Assembly (NCBI GenBank): GCA_964431915.1
Contig: CAYSLI010000002.1
Span: forward strand, 14,013-78,012
Direction: 5' to 3'
Source: an uncultured Candidatus Saccharibacteria bacterium
Lineage (GTDB): Bacteria > Patescibacteriota > Minisyncoccia > Minisyncoccales > CAZKCU01
DNA: 64,000 nucleotides
Part shown: positions 9,585 to 18,709 of the stretch, piece after piece
How the letters are laid out: every line of letters starts with the position of its first letter
Numbering within the stretch: position 1 is the stretch's first letter
The notes under the pieces: model-generated
What the model was told of the DNA's origin: nothing
Seen by the model: only the letters and a program-made list of their open reading frames with translations
Databases searched by the model: none
Translations under genes and position numbers: made by a program

Positions 9585-10271
9585 ATGCTAAAAGAACTTA
9601 TTGATAAATTTTATTTGGACCAGCAGAGAGATAGAGAACAGGCTCATTTTTATATTACTGATGCCGGGAAATGTCCCCGCTTGGTCTTTTTTAAATTTAA
9701 AAATGCTCCCAGAGAAAAAATGGATCCCAGAATCTTAAGAATATTTGAACGGGGAGAGTATTTACATCGGAATATCTTCAATATTTTATACCGGCTTAAA
9801 ATTGGAGTAACAACAGAGGTGTCTATCCCGGCTCAAGAAATTATTGCCGGTCGAGCCGATGCGATAATAAGCATAAATAAAGAGAATTATGTATTAGACA
9901 TTAAAAGTATGAATAGTATGGTTTTTAGAAATCTAACAGAACCTAAAAAAGAGAATGTCTATCAACTTCAACTTTATCTTCACTATTTTAACATTAAAAA
10001 AGGAATATTATTTTATATTGATAAAGATAAACAAAATATTAAAGAATTTTTGATAAATTACGACCCAAATCTTGTCCAGTCTCTTTTAAAAGATTTTACA
10101 GACCTTAAAATAAAAATTGACAAAAATATCGTTCCTTCAAGAATTCCAGATTATCCAAATAATTGGCAGTGTCAGTATTGCCAGTTTAAAGAAGTTTGCA
10201 GTATGGCTGAAGGAGGAGAAATGAACTGGGAAGATTTTAAAAAGAAAATCGAATCCCAGAATGCAAAATAA
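9585..10271 (+). CDS. Cas4/RecB-like PD-(D/E)XK nuclease with Fe-S cysteines, stand-alone
   Basis: N-terminal Cys (DAGKCPR), GRADAII..LDIKS, YQLQLYLHY, C-terminal CQYCQFKEVC (C-x2-C-x5-C). Confidence 0.6.
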   Translation: MLKELIDKFYLDQQRDREQAHFYITDAGKCPRLVFFKFKNAPREKMDPRILRIFERGEYLHRNIFNILYRLKIGVTTEVSIPAQEIIAGRADAIISINKENYVLDIKSMNSMVFRNLTEPKKENVYQLQLYLHYFNIKKGILFYIDKDKQNIKEFLINYDPNLVQSLLKDFTDLKIKIDKNIVPSRIPDYPNNWQCQYCQFKEVCSMAEGGEMNWEDFKKKIESQNAK

Positions 10272-10293
10272 ACGATTATTTGTTTAATATTTT

Positions 10294-10318
10294 AAAAAAG
10301 CTCTTAGGGAGCTTTTTT
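10294..10318 (+). terminator. rho-independent terminator
   Basis: AGCTC-TTAGG-GAGCT stem-loop flanked by an A-run and T6. Confidence 0.6.
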
Positions 10319-10323
10319 GTAAA

Positions 10324-10893
10324 ATGAAACTAAAAAGACTTTCCCGGAAATTTTATACTCGCAAAACTTTAACTGTAGCTAAAGACCTTTTAGGTAAACA
10401 CATAATCAGGAAAATTGGTTCCAGAAAATCGGTCGGTAAAATTGTTGAGACCGAGGCTTATATTGGACCAAAAGATAGAGCTAGTCATGCTTTTGGGGGA
10501 AAGGTGACTCCCAGAAATAAAACAGAATATTTAAAAGGTGGCCACATTTATATTTATCTTTGTTATGGAACGTATTGGCAGTTGAATATTACAACTGAGA
10601 AAGCTGGGAAACCAGAGTGTGTTTTAATTAGAGCCTTGGAACCAATTGGTAAGGTGAAATCAAAAAAAATTGCTTCAGGGCCTGGGAAACTTTGCAAATG
10701 GATGAAATTAGATAAATCTTTTAATGGAGAAGATTTAGTAAATTCAAAAAGAATATGGTTGGAAGCCGGTGAAAAATTAAAAAAGCAACAGATTGTATCT
10801 GCAAAAAGAATAGGCATTGATTATGCCGGTATCTGGAAAGAAAAACCCTGGCGCTTTTATCTCAAGAATAATCCTTTTGTTTCCTATTTTTAG
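10324..10893 (+). CDS. mpg: DNA-3-methyladenine glycosylase (MPG/AAG family)
   Basis: FYTRKTLTVAKDLLGK, GKIVETEAYIGPKDRASHAF, GHIYIYLCYG. Confidence 0.85.
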   Translation: MKLKRLSRKFYTRKTLTVAKDLLGKHIIRKIGSRKSVGKIVETEAYIGPKDRASHAFGGKVTPRNKTEYLKGGHIYIYLCYGTYWQLNITTEKAGKPECVLIRALEPIGKVKSKKIASGPGKLCKWMKLDKSFNGEDLVNSKRIWLEAGEKLKKQQIVSAKRIGIDYAGIWKEKPWRFYLKNNPFVSYF

Positions 10894-10919
10894 TCTGTCG
10901 GTATTTGATACCGACAGAC
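10893..10919. repeat. GC-rich palindromic hairpin (terminator-like); second copy at 24801-24823
   Basis: GTCTGTCGGTAT-TTG-ATACCGACAGAC directly after the mpg stop. Confidence 0.6.
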
Positions 10920-10982
10920 AGATACAGAACTGTTTTCTGTGAAACGCTAAAAATTGACAATCTTTTTAATACCTTCATAACG

Positions 10983-12413
10983 TTACTTTATCAACTTTTC
11001 TGAAACGTATAAATTTCCTTCACCTAAGAGATATAATTTTTTATTTTTTTGATTAAAAAAGATTTTTGGACTTTGAAATTCTCTTAAATCCCAAGTTTGG
11101 ACTCTATCTCGGTCGTCAATCTCGGCGATTTTTATTTTGTTCCCGGTATCAAAGATTAAATAATGGCTTGTTAGCCAAAAAACTTCTCCAATTTCTTCTG
11201 AAAAACGAGTTAAAAAAATTTCTTCTCCAACTTTTTTTTGAGGTTGGCCTAATTTTTCCTCCAGAAATAGAATCCAGATTTCATAGTTGTTAAAATAAAC
11301 AATTTTTTTGAGGTCTGGAGAAAAGCTAAGACTATTAGCCGGGGCAGAAAGTTTTTTAAAATTCTTTAAATCTTGATTAAAAAAGTAAAGATTGTCGTCT
11401 TCTTTGAGTAAAATTTTAGGAAAATTTACCAGAAGTTGATAATCAGACTCCTTTTTAATCGGGAATGGCGAGAAAGAAAGTTGTTCCTGTCTTTTTCCAG
11501 AAAAGTCGGTTCTAAAGAGAAACCCTCCACTTGAAATCAAGAATATATTTCCTCCAGAAGCCTCGTAGGCTATTAAATTACTTGAGATAGCTTGAGAGAT
11601 TTCTTTAGTTTCCCAGTCAGCTTCAAAGAGCTCCGAGTTTTTTGAAATTTTGTTTTCCTTAATTTTTTTCTTAGATAGCTTGGTAAAAAATAGTTTTTGA
11701 GGAACTTGAGGATTAAAAGAAATATTCTCAATGTCAGCTTCCAAGAGATTGAGGGAAATTAAGTCGGGAGGAGTTTTTTCCAGGTCCAAAATAAAATATT
11801 TCTCTTTCCCTTCAAAACCGACTTCTAATAAAATTTTTTTAGAATCTGGAGAAAATTCTAAACTAAGAAAATCAACTTTAATTTTCTTACCTTTGGCGAT
11901 GTCTTTTTCTCCAATCAAATAACTTTTAACATTGTTTTTTAAATCATAAAGATTAATCTGCCAACCGTTTTCTCTGATTTCTTCAAGAATTATTTTTCCC
12001 CCATCAGGTGAAAAAAAGAAATCTTTTACTTCTTTGCTTAAAACAGCAAAGCCGGGCCCTTCAGGGATTAAAAGAATATTTTTTGCTTCAGTAACTTGTT
12101 TTTCTTTTATTTCTAAAGTTTTTTCCCAGGCGAGATATCCTTCTTTCTTTATTTGGATGTTGTAGGTTTTGGGTAAGAGATTTTCAATCAGGACCGAACC
12201 AAAGAAAAAATCAGTTTTCTTTTTTAGTTTACCGTCGAAATAAATTTGAACACTTTTTGGCAAAACCTTAAAATAAAAAGCCCCGGTTTGAGTAACCTTT
12301 TTCTTTTCGAAGTCAAACCTATAACCCTGAGAATAAGAAATAATGACCAGAGCGCTTAAGAGAAATAAAAAGAAACAAAGAAAGAATAAAATAGTTCGAG
12401 TTTTCCGAGTCAT
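10983..12413 (-). CDS. membrane-anchored PEGA-domain / TolB-like beta-propeller protein
   Basis: N-terminal TM; PEGA-like YNIQIKKEGYLAWEKTLEI; repeated FSPDG/FSPDS/FSPDL blades. Confidence 0.55.
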   Translation of the reverse strand: MTRKTRTILFFLCFFLFLLSALVIISYSQGYRFDFEKKKVTQTGAFYFKVLPKSVQIYFDGKLKKKTDFFFGSVLIENLLPKTYNIQIKKEGYLAWEKTLEIKEKQVTEAKNILLIPEGPGFAVLSKEVKDFFFSPDGGKIILEEIRENGWQINLYDLKNNVKSYLIGEKDIAKGKKIKVDFLSLEFSPDSKKILLEVGFEGKEKYFILDLEKTPPDLISLNLLEADIENISFNPQVPQKLFFTKLSKKKIKENKISKNSELFEADWETKEISQAISSNLIAYEASGGNIFLISSGGFLFRTDFSGKRQEQLSFSPFPIKKESDYQLLVNFPKILLKEDDNLYFFNQDLKNFKKLSAPANSLSFSPDLKKIVYFNNYEIWILFLEEKLGQPQKKVGEEIFLTRFSEEIGEVFWLTSHYLIFDTGNKIKIAEIDDRDRVQTWDLREFQSPKIFFNQKNKKLYLLGEGNLYVSEKLIK

Positions 12414-12480
12414 AATAAATAATTTTAACCTTTCTAAAAGGATTTGCCAAGTTTTGAATTTTAATATAAGATAAATTATA

Positions 12481-13740
12481 ATGGCTGAGAAATTTATAAT
12501 TGAAGGCGAAAAACCTCTTAAGGGAGAGATTGAGGTGAGGGGCTCTAAAAATGCGGCCGGAGCCCTTTTAGCTACAACTTTACTTACTCCAGAAGAATGT
12601 GTTATTGATAATCTTCCATTGATTTCAGATATCTTAAATTTAATTGATATTCTAAAAGAGATGGGAGCAGAGATTGAATGGCTTGGAGAGAGGAAAGTTA
12701 AAATCAGAGCCGGGAAGAGAATTGATCCTCAAAAAATGGACTTTAAAAAAATTTCTAAATCAAGAGTATCGGTGCTTTTAATCGGCGCTCTTTTGCCAAG
12801 ATTTAAAGAATTTAAGATTTCCAGACCGGGGGGAGATAGAATTGGATTAAGACCAATTAGCACTCATTTACAAACCCTCAAACAATTGGGAGCTGAAATT
12901 AAAGAAGCTGGTGATTTTTACTATTTTAAGTCAACTGGACTTGAGGGGAAAGAAATTGTTTTACCGGAATTTAGCGTTACCGCAACCGAAAATTTGATGA
13001 TGGCAACTACCTTGTTAAAAGGCGAAACCATAATAAAAGGAGCAGCCTGTGAGCCTCATGTTCAGGATTTAGCTAAAATGCTAAAAAACATGGGCGCGGA
13101 AATACATGGCGTAGGAACTCATACTCTGAAAATCAAAGGTGTCAAAGAATTAAAAGGGACTGAGCATAAAATTATTCCTGATATGATTGAGGCCGGAACA
13201 TTTATTGTTATGGGCGCAGCATCAGAAGGCAGGATTTTAGTAAAAGGTATAGACCCAGGGCATTTAGATTTGTCTTTAGCAAAACTAAAAGAGATAGGAG
13301 TTGAGTATAAAAGGTATGATGGTTCAATTGAGGTTTTTGGGAGAGGAGATTTAAAAGCATGCCGGGTTCAAGCTCTTCCTTATCCTGGTTTTCCGACTGA
13401 CTTATTGCCCCTTGTTGTTCCTCTTTTGACCCAGGCAAAAGGCAAAAGTTTAATCCATGACCCCTTATATCCGAATAGATTTAGTTATGTGGATGAACTA
13501 AGGAAAATGGGGGCTGATATTGAAATAGTTGACCCACATCGAGCTTTCGTTTTCGGCAAAACTCCTCTGAAAGGATTTAGAATTGAATCGTGGGATATAA
13601 GAGCTGGAGCGGCTTTGGTTTTAGCTGGACTTTTAGCCCGAGGCAGGACTATAATTGAGAATGTGGAGCAAATTGATAGAGGATATGAGAGAATAGAAGA
13701 AAGACTGCAGAAGTTAGGAGCAGATATTAAAAGAATATAA
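12481..13740 (+). CDS. murA: UDP-N-acetylglucosamine 1-carboxyvinyltransferase
   Basis: GSKNAAGALLA, RPGGDRIGLRP (Asp at the usual Cys115 position), FPTDL. Confidence 0.93.
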   Translation: MAEKFIIEGEKPLKGEIEVRGSKNAAGALLATTLLTPEECVIDNLPLISDILNLIDILKEMGAEIEWLGERKVKIRAGKRIDPQKMDFKKISKSRVSVLLIGALLPRFKEFKISRPGGDRIGLRPISTHLQTLKQLGAEIKEAGDFYYFKSTGLEGKEIVLPEFSVTATENLMMATTLLKGETIIKGAACEPHVQDLAKMLKNMGAEIHGVGTHTLKIKGVKELKGTEHKIIPDMIEAGTFIVMGAASEGRILVKGIDPGHLDLSLAKLKEIGVEYKRYDGSIEVFGRGDLKACRVQALPYPGFPTDLLPLVVPLLTQAKGKSLIHDPLYPNRFSYVDELRKMGADIEIVDPHRAFVFGKTPLKGFRIESWDIRAGAALVLAGLLARGRTIIENVEQIDRGYERIEERLQKLGADIKRI

Positions 13741-13741
13741 T

Positions 13742-14749
13742 ATGTTTATTAAAAAAATCGGCATTGATCTTGGAACCTGTAATTCATTAGTTTTTATCCC
13801 TGGTAAAGGGGTGGTTTTAAAAGAGCCTTCAGTGGTAGCGGTAACTCTTTCCGAAAATAAAATTTTAGCAGTAGGAGCTGAAGCCAAAGAGATGACTGGC
13901 CGGACTCCTGATACTATAAGAGTTTACCGTCCCCTGAAAGATGGAGTTATTGCTGAATACCGAATTACTGAAGCCATGTTGAGATATTTTATTACTAAAA
14001 CAGGTGGTAATTTCCGACTTTTCAAACCTGAGTTAATGATTGGAGTACCGGCCGGTATTACTTCCACTGAGAGAAGAGCGGTAATTGAAGCTGGCATTAG
14101 TGCTGGAGCTAAGGCTGTCTATGTGGCAAAAGAGCCAATTTTAGCGGCTATTGGGGCCGGTATTCCTATTAATTCTTGTTCCGGACATATAATTGTTGAC
14201 ATTGGTGGCGGGACATCCGAGGTGGCGGTAATTTCTCTTGGAGGAATAGTTGCCTCCAATTCCGTAAGGATTGCCGGTGATAAAATGGATTCGGCAATCG
14301 CAGACTATATTAAGAAAAAATATAATTTAGCCATAGGTTCCCAGACTGCCGAGGAAATAAAAATAAAAATCGGCACTGCTTCCCCTGAGGAAGAAGAAAA
14401 ATATTTGGAAATTCGGGGAAGGGATTTAATTTTAGGGCTACCACGAACGATTAAAATTTCTTCTAATGAGGCCTGCGAAGCAGTTTCTGATGTCTTGACT
14501 GAAATTATCCAGGTAGTTAAACAAGTTCTAAGAGACACTCCGCCTGAGTTATCTGCTGATATTATGGACAAAGGAATGATTCTTTCAGGAGGTGGAGCCT
14601 TGCTTAGAAATATTGATGAGCTAATCAGCCAGACAACCGGCATACCCTGTTTTATAGCTGAGGAACCTTTGTTGTGCGTGGCTAAAGGAACAGGAATCGT
14701 CTTGGAAAACTTAGAAGCATATAAAAAGAGCATAATGAGCAAAAAGTAA
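13742..14749 (+). CDS. mreB: rod-shape protein MreB, paralogue 1
   Basis: IGIDLGTCNSLVF, VDIGGGTSEVAVISLGG, LSGGGALLRNIDE. Confidence 0.9.
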   Translation: MFIKKIGIDLGTCNSLVFIPGKGVVLKEPSVVAVTLSENKILAVGAEAKEMTGRTPDTIRVYRPLKDGVIAEYRITEAMLRYFITKTGGNFRLFKPELMIGVPAGITSTERRAVIEAGISAGAKAVYVAKEPILAAIGAGIPINSCSGHIIVDIGGGTSEVAVISLGGIVASNSVRIAGDKMDSAIADYIKKKYNLAIGSQTAEEIKIKIGTASPEEEEKYLEIRGRDLILGLPRTIKISSNEACEAVSDVLTEIIQVVKQVLRDTPPELSADIMDKGMILSGGGALLRNIDELISQTTGIPCFIAEEPLLCVAKGTGIVLENLEAYKKSIMSKK

Positions 14750-14755
14750 CCGCTT

Positions 14756-15649
14756 ATGATTGTGGGTCACCAAAAACAATGGCAATTTTTAAGAAAATCG
14801 GCAGAAATCGGAAGAACTTCCCATGCCTTACTATTTGTCGGTCAGGCCCAATTAGGGAAAAAAACTTTAGCTATTGAATTTGTTGAAAGTCTTTTTAATG
14901 AGAATATCCAGGGAAAACAACATCCTGATTTTATTTTTGTTGAGCCCCAAAAAGGTAAAATCCAAATTTCTCAGATTAGAGAATTTATCAGAAGGTTGTC
15001 TTTTAAACCCTTAATAGCTCCTTTTAAAGCAGCAATTATAGATCAGGCTCATTGTATGAATCAGGAAGCTCAGAACTGTCTTTTAAAAACCCTTGAGGAA
15101 CCAAAAGGCAAAGCCATTTTAATTTTAATAACTGAATATCCAGAAATGTTATTTCCGACCATTCTCTCACGATGCGAAGTCATAAAATTCTATCCAGTGA
15201 GAGAAATAGAGATTAAAAAATATTTAGAAAATCAAGGAATTTCCCAAAAAGAATGGATTGAAGAATTAATCCGCTTTTCTATGGGAAGACCGGGAGTAGC
15301 CATAGATTTTATTTCTGAGCCTCGGAAATTAGAAAATCAAAGAAAAAGGATAAAAGATTTAATTAAATTTTCAAATTCAGAATTATCTGCTCGTTTTCAA
15401 TATGCCAAAGATTTGTCTCAAGACCCTCAGAATACAAGAAAAATTTTAGACATTTGGTTGAGATACTTTAGGAATGTTTTACTGGCTCGGAGTACAGGTC
15501 AAGAGCATTTAAACGGCCTTCAATTTAATAATTACTCTTTCTCCAAAATAAGAAAAATTCTTAAACTTTTGCAAAAAATAAATTTTTTAATCCAAAAGAC
15601 CAATGTTAATTCAAAACTGGCTTTGGAAATATTAATGGTAGAATTATAG
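14756..15649 (+). CDS. holB: DNA polymerase III delta' subunit
   Basis: SHALLFVGQAQLGKKTLA, NCLLKTLEEP, ILSRC. Confidence 0.8.
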   Translation: MIVGHQKQWQFLRKSAEIGRTSHALLFVGQAQLGKKTLAIEFVESLFNENIQGKQHPDFIFVEPQKGKIQISQIREFIRRLSFKPLIAPFKAAIIDQAHCMNQEAQNCLLKTLEEPKGKAILILITEYPEMLFPTILSRCEVIKFYPVREIEIKKYLENQGISQKEWIEELIRFSMGRPGVAIDFISEPRKLENQRKRIKDLIKFSNSELSARFQYAKDLSQDPQNTRKILDIWLRYFRNVLLARSTGQEHLNGLQFNNYSFSKIRKILKLLQKINFLIQKTNVNSKLALEILMVEL

Positions 15650-15650
15650 T

Positions 15651-16205
15651 ATGTTTATAGAAATTATTAACAAAATCAAACCTGAACTCGACAAAACCAT
15701 TAATTTTTTAGACAGGGAATTAGCTAAAATTCGAACTGGACGGGTTTCAGCTTCCTTGGTCGAAGATTTAATGGTTGATTACTACGGGAAAAAAACTCCC
15801 TTAAAACAACTATCTTCAATTTCAAGTCCCGGTCCCAGAACTCTTTGCATTCAGCCCTGGGATCATTCGATTCTTCTAAATATTGAAAAAGCTATCTTGG
15901 AATCAAATTTGGGTATAAACCCAATTGTCGAGAAAGATTTAATTAGGCTTTCTTTTCCTCCTCTAAGCGAAGAATATCGAAAAAATCTTCTCCGAGTTTT
16001 AAATGAAAAATTAGAAGCAGCTCGTTTGACTTTCAGGCGCTGGAGAGAGGAAGCCTGGCGCCAGATTCAAGAGGGGTTTAGGCAGGGAAAAATTCGAGAA
16101 GATGATAAATTTCGGGCAAAAGACGAACTTCAAGAATTGATTGATGAATATAATGAAAAGATTAAAGAGATGGAGGAAAGAAAAAAGAAGGAGATAATGA
16201 AGTAA
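15651..16205 (+). CDS. frr: ribosome recycling factor
   Basis: LAKIRTGRVSASLVEDLMVDYYG, LNIEKAILESNLG, typical length. Confidence 0.93.
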   Translation: MFIEIINKIKPELDKTINFLDRELAKIRTGRVSASLVEDLMVDYYGKKTPLKQLSSISSPGPRTLCIQPWDHSILLNIEKAILESNLGINPIVEKDLIRLSFPPLSEEYRKNLLRVLNEKLEAARLTFRRWREEAWRQIQEGFRQGKIREDDKFRAKDELQELIDEYNEKIKEMEERKKKEIMK

Positions 16206-16211
16206 TCGTTC

Positions 16212-16336
16212 GGGAAGCTAATTTTTGGTACGCGCGGTTTTTTTCCAGCGAAAAATCGCTGCTACTCGCGAATTGCTCGCCGCGAAACGGCGAGACCAAG
16301 CCAATTCGCTGCGGATTGTCCCGAAAATTACTTCCC
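16212..16336 (+). ncRNA. candidate structured RNA (unknown class), GC-rich multi-stem element
   Basis: Outer stem 16212-16228/16321-16336; hairpins CAGCGA-AAAA-TCGCTG and CTCGCCG-CGAAA-CGGCGAG nested in GCGAATTG/CAATTCGC; strand assumed from flanking genes. Confidence 0.4.
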
Positions 16337-16365
16337 TCACATCGGAGGTTTAAAAAGAAAAATTG

Positions 16366-17445
16366 ATGATTCTTACAATTTTTATCGCTTTTATCAGCTT
16401 AATGAGCTTATTAATTTTACATGAGTTTGGCCATTTTATTTTAGCCAAGCGCTTTGGAGTGAAAGTTGAGGAATTTGGAATTGGCTATCCCCCTAGATTG
16501 TTTGGGAAAAGAATTGGCGAGACGATTTATTCTTTAAATCTTTTACCTTTTGGAGCATTTGTTAAAATTTATGGAGAGGAAAAGAAGATTGAGCGCGAGC
16601 GAAGTTTTTCTCAAAAACCAATCTGGCAGAGAGCTTTTATTGTTTTAGGTGGAGTGGTTAGTTTTTGGATAATTTCAGCAATTTTGTTGAGCATCGTGAT
16701 GAGTTTGGGAGCGCCGACCGCTATTTCTGATGAAGAAAATAGTGGATTGATAAACCCGAGAGTTCAGATTGCCTCTGTGAGTCCTGACTCGCCGGCAGAA
16801 GAAGCTAACTTAGAAGTTGGTGATACTATAAAAAAATTAACAATTAACAGCCAGCAATTAACAATTAATAAGGTAAAAGAAGTTCAAGAATTTACAAATT
16901 TACATAAAGGAGAAGAGATGACTTTAGCGATTGAAAGGGGAAAGGAAGTTTTTGAAGTTTCTTTGGTTCCGAGAGTTTCGCCGCCAGCTAAAGAGGGGGC
17001 AATGGGAATAGCTTTAGTCCGGACGGCGATTAAAAGTTATCCCTGGTACAAAGCTCTCTTTCAAGGAATTTTGGCTACTGGGAATTTAACAATAGCAGTA
17101 ATTCAGGGTTGGATTCTGGCTTTGGGCAATCTAATAAAGGGATTACCGACCGGAGTTCAATTAATGGGGCCGGTAGGAATTTTTTCTTTATTTGCCCAGG
17201 TTAGTCAATTAGGAGTAATTTATTTTTTACAATTTATCGCCACTATTTCTATTTATATTGCTTTATTCAACATTTTACCAATTCCAGCACTTGACGGAGG
17301 AAAACTTTTATTTTTAGGAATTGAAGCAGTAAGAAGAAAACCAGTTTCTCAAAAAATTGAACAAAATATAACTTTTGCTTTCTTTATGATATTGATTGTT
17401 CTAATGGTTTTGGTAACAATAAAAGATATTGCCAGGCTATTTTAA
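16366..17445 (+). CDS. rseP: RIP metalloprotease RseP (site-2 protease) with PDZ domain
   Basis: HEFGHFILAK, PDZ region SPAEEANLEVGD, NILPIPALDGG. Confidence 0.85.
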   Translation: MILTIFIAFISLMSLLILHEFGHFILAKRFGVKVEEFGIGYPPRLFGKRIGETIYSLNLLPFGAFVKIYGEEKKIERERSFSQKPIWQRAFIVLGGVVSFWIISAILLSIVMSLGAPTAISDEENSGLINPRVQIASVSPDSPAEEANLEVGDTIKKLTINSQQLTINKVKEVQEFTNLHKGEEMTLAIERGKEVFEVSLVPRVSPPAKEGAMGIALVRTAIKSYPWYKALFQGILATGNLTIAVIQGWILALGNLIKGLPTGVQLMGPVGIFSLFAQVSQLGVIYFLQFIATISIYIALFNILPIPALDGGKLLFLGIEAVRRKPVSQKIEQNITFAFFMILIVLMVLVTIKDIARLF

Positions 17446-17452
17446 ATAAGTT

Positions 17453-18709
17453 ATGAGACAATCTCAACTTTTTACAAAAACAATTAGAGAAACACCGAGA
17501 GATGAAAAAAGTATAAATTCTCGTCTTTTAATTAAGGCTGGCTTTGTTGATAAATTAACAGCCGGAGTTTATTCTTATTTACCTTTAGGATTTAAGGTGC
17601 TCAAAAAAATTGAAAATATTATTCGAGAAGAAATGAATAAAATTTTAGGCCAAGAGGTTCTTTTACCAGCTCTTCATTCTAAAAAAAACTGGGAGATAAC
17701 GGACCGTTGGCATTATAAAGAAATGTTTAAAGTAAAAAGTCGGGAAGGAAAAGATTTTAGCTTGGGTTGGACCCACGAAGAAATTATTACTCCTTTAGTT
17801 AAAAAATTTGTTCAATCATATAAAAACTTACCAGTTTTTGTTTATCAAATTCAAGATAAATTTAGGGACGAACTCCGAGTCAAATCTGGATTATTAAGGG
17901 GAGTAGAGTTTATTATGAAGGACCTTTACTCTTTCCATCGAGATGAAAAAGATTTGGATAAATATTATGAGAAAGTGAAAAAGGCTTATTTCCGAATTTT
18001 CGAGAGATGCGGTTTGAAGAAACAAACTTTTTTAACCCTGGCTTCTGGAGGGACTTTTAGCAAATATTCTCACGAATTTCAAACAATAACTCCTGCCGGT
18101 GAAGATGAAATATATCTTTGTCAAAAATGTAAATTAGCTGTCAATAAAGAGATTATTGAAAAAGAGAAATATAAATGTCCAAAGTGTAAAAGTAAAAAAT
18201 TAGAAATTAAAAAAGCCATTGAAGTAGGAAACATTTTTAAATTAAAAGACAAATTTAGCAAACCGTTTAATTTTAAATTTAAAGATAAAGATGGAAAAGA
18301 AAAGCCGGTTTTGATGGGTTGTTATGGTATAGGGCTTGGCAGACTTATGGGGGCTGTAGTTGAGGTTCATTATGATAAAGATGGAATTATTTGGCCAAAA
18401 GAAGTAGCTCCTTTTGATTGTCATTTGTTAGCCCTATCTGGCAGTAAAAAAAAGTTTGAAAGAAAAATTGGAAAAGTTAGTGAGAAATTATACCAAGATT
18501 TAGAAAGAGCTGGCCTCGAAGTATTATATGATGATAGAAAAGACAAGACAGCTGGTGAAAAATTTGCCGAAGCCGATTTAATTGGAATACCAATCAGAAT
18601 TATAGTAAGCGAGAAGACATTAAAAAGAGGCTGTGTTGAAATCAAAAAAAGGAAAGAAGAAAAAACAAGATTAATAAAACTAAATCAGATAATAAATTAT
18701 GTTAAATAA
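17453..18709 (+). CDS. proS: prolyl-tRNA synthetase, short form with CxxC..CxxC knuckle in place of the INS domain
   Basis: MRQSQLFTKTIRETP, FRDELRVKSGLLRGVEF, YLCQKCK..(15)..CPKCK, CYGIGLGRL. Confidence 0.9.
   Translation: MRQSQLFTKTIRETPRDEKSINSRLLIKAGFVDKLTAGVYSYLPLGFKVLKKIENIIREEMNKILGQEVLLPALHSKKNWEITDRWHYKEMFKVKSREGKDFSLGWTHEEIITPLVKKFVQSYKNLPVFVYQIQDKFRDELRVKSGLLRGVEFIMKDLYSFHRDEKDLDKYYEKVKKAYFRIFERCGLKKQTFLTLASGGTFSKYSHEFQTITPAGEDEIYLCQKCKLAVNKEIIEKEKYKCPKCKSKKLEIKKAIEVGNIFKLKDKFSKPFNFKFKDKDGKEKPVLMGCYGIGLGRLMGAVVEVHYDKDGIIWPKEVAPFDCHLLALSGSKKKFERKIGKVSEKLYQDLERAGLEVLYDDRKDKTAGEKFAEADLIGIPIRIIVSEKTLKRGCVEIKKRKEEKTRLIKLNQIINYVK

Noticed and set aside
16212-16336. SRP (4.5S) RNA or a 6S RNA candidate.
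   Set aside because: It lacks the helix-8 GGAA tetraloop with the flanking AGCA/GGAA symmetric-loop motifs. It is branched rather than one long irregular hairpin with a central bubble.
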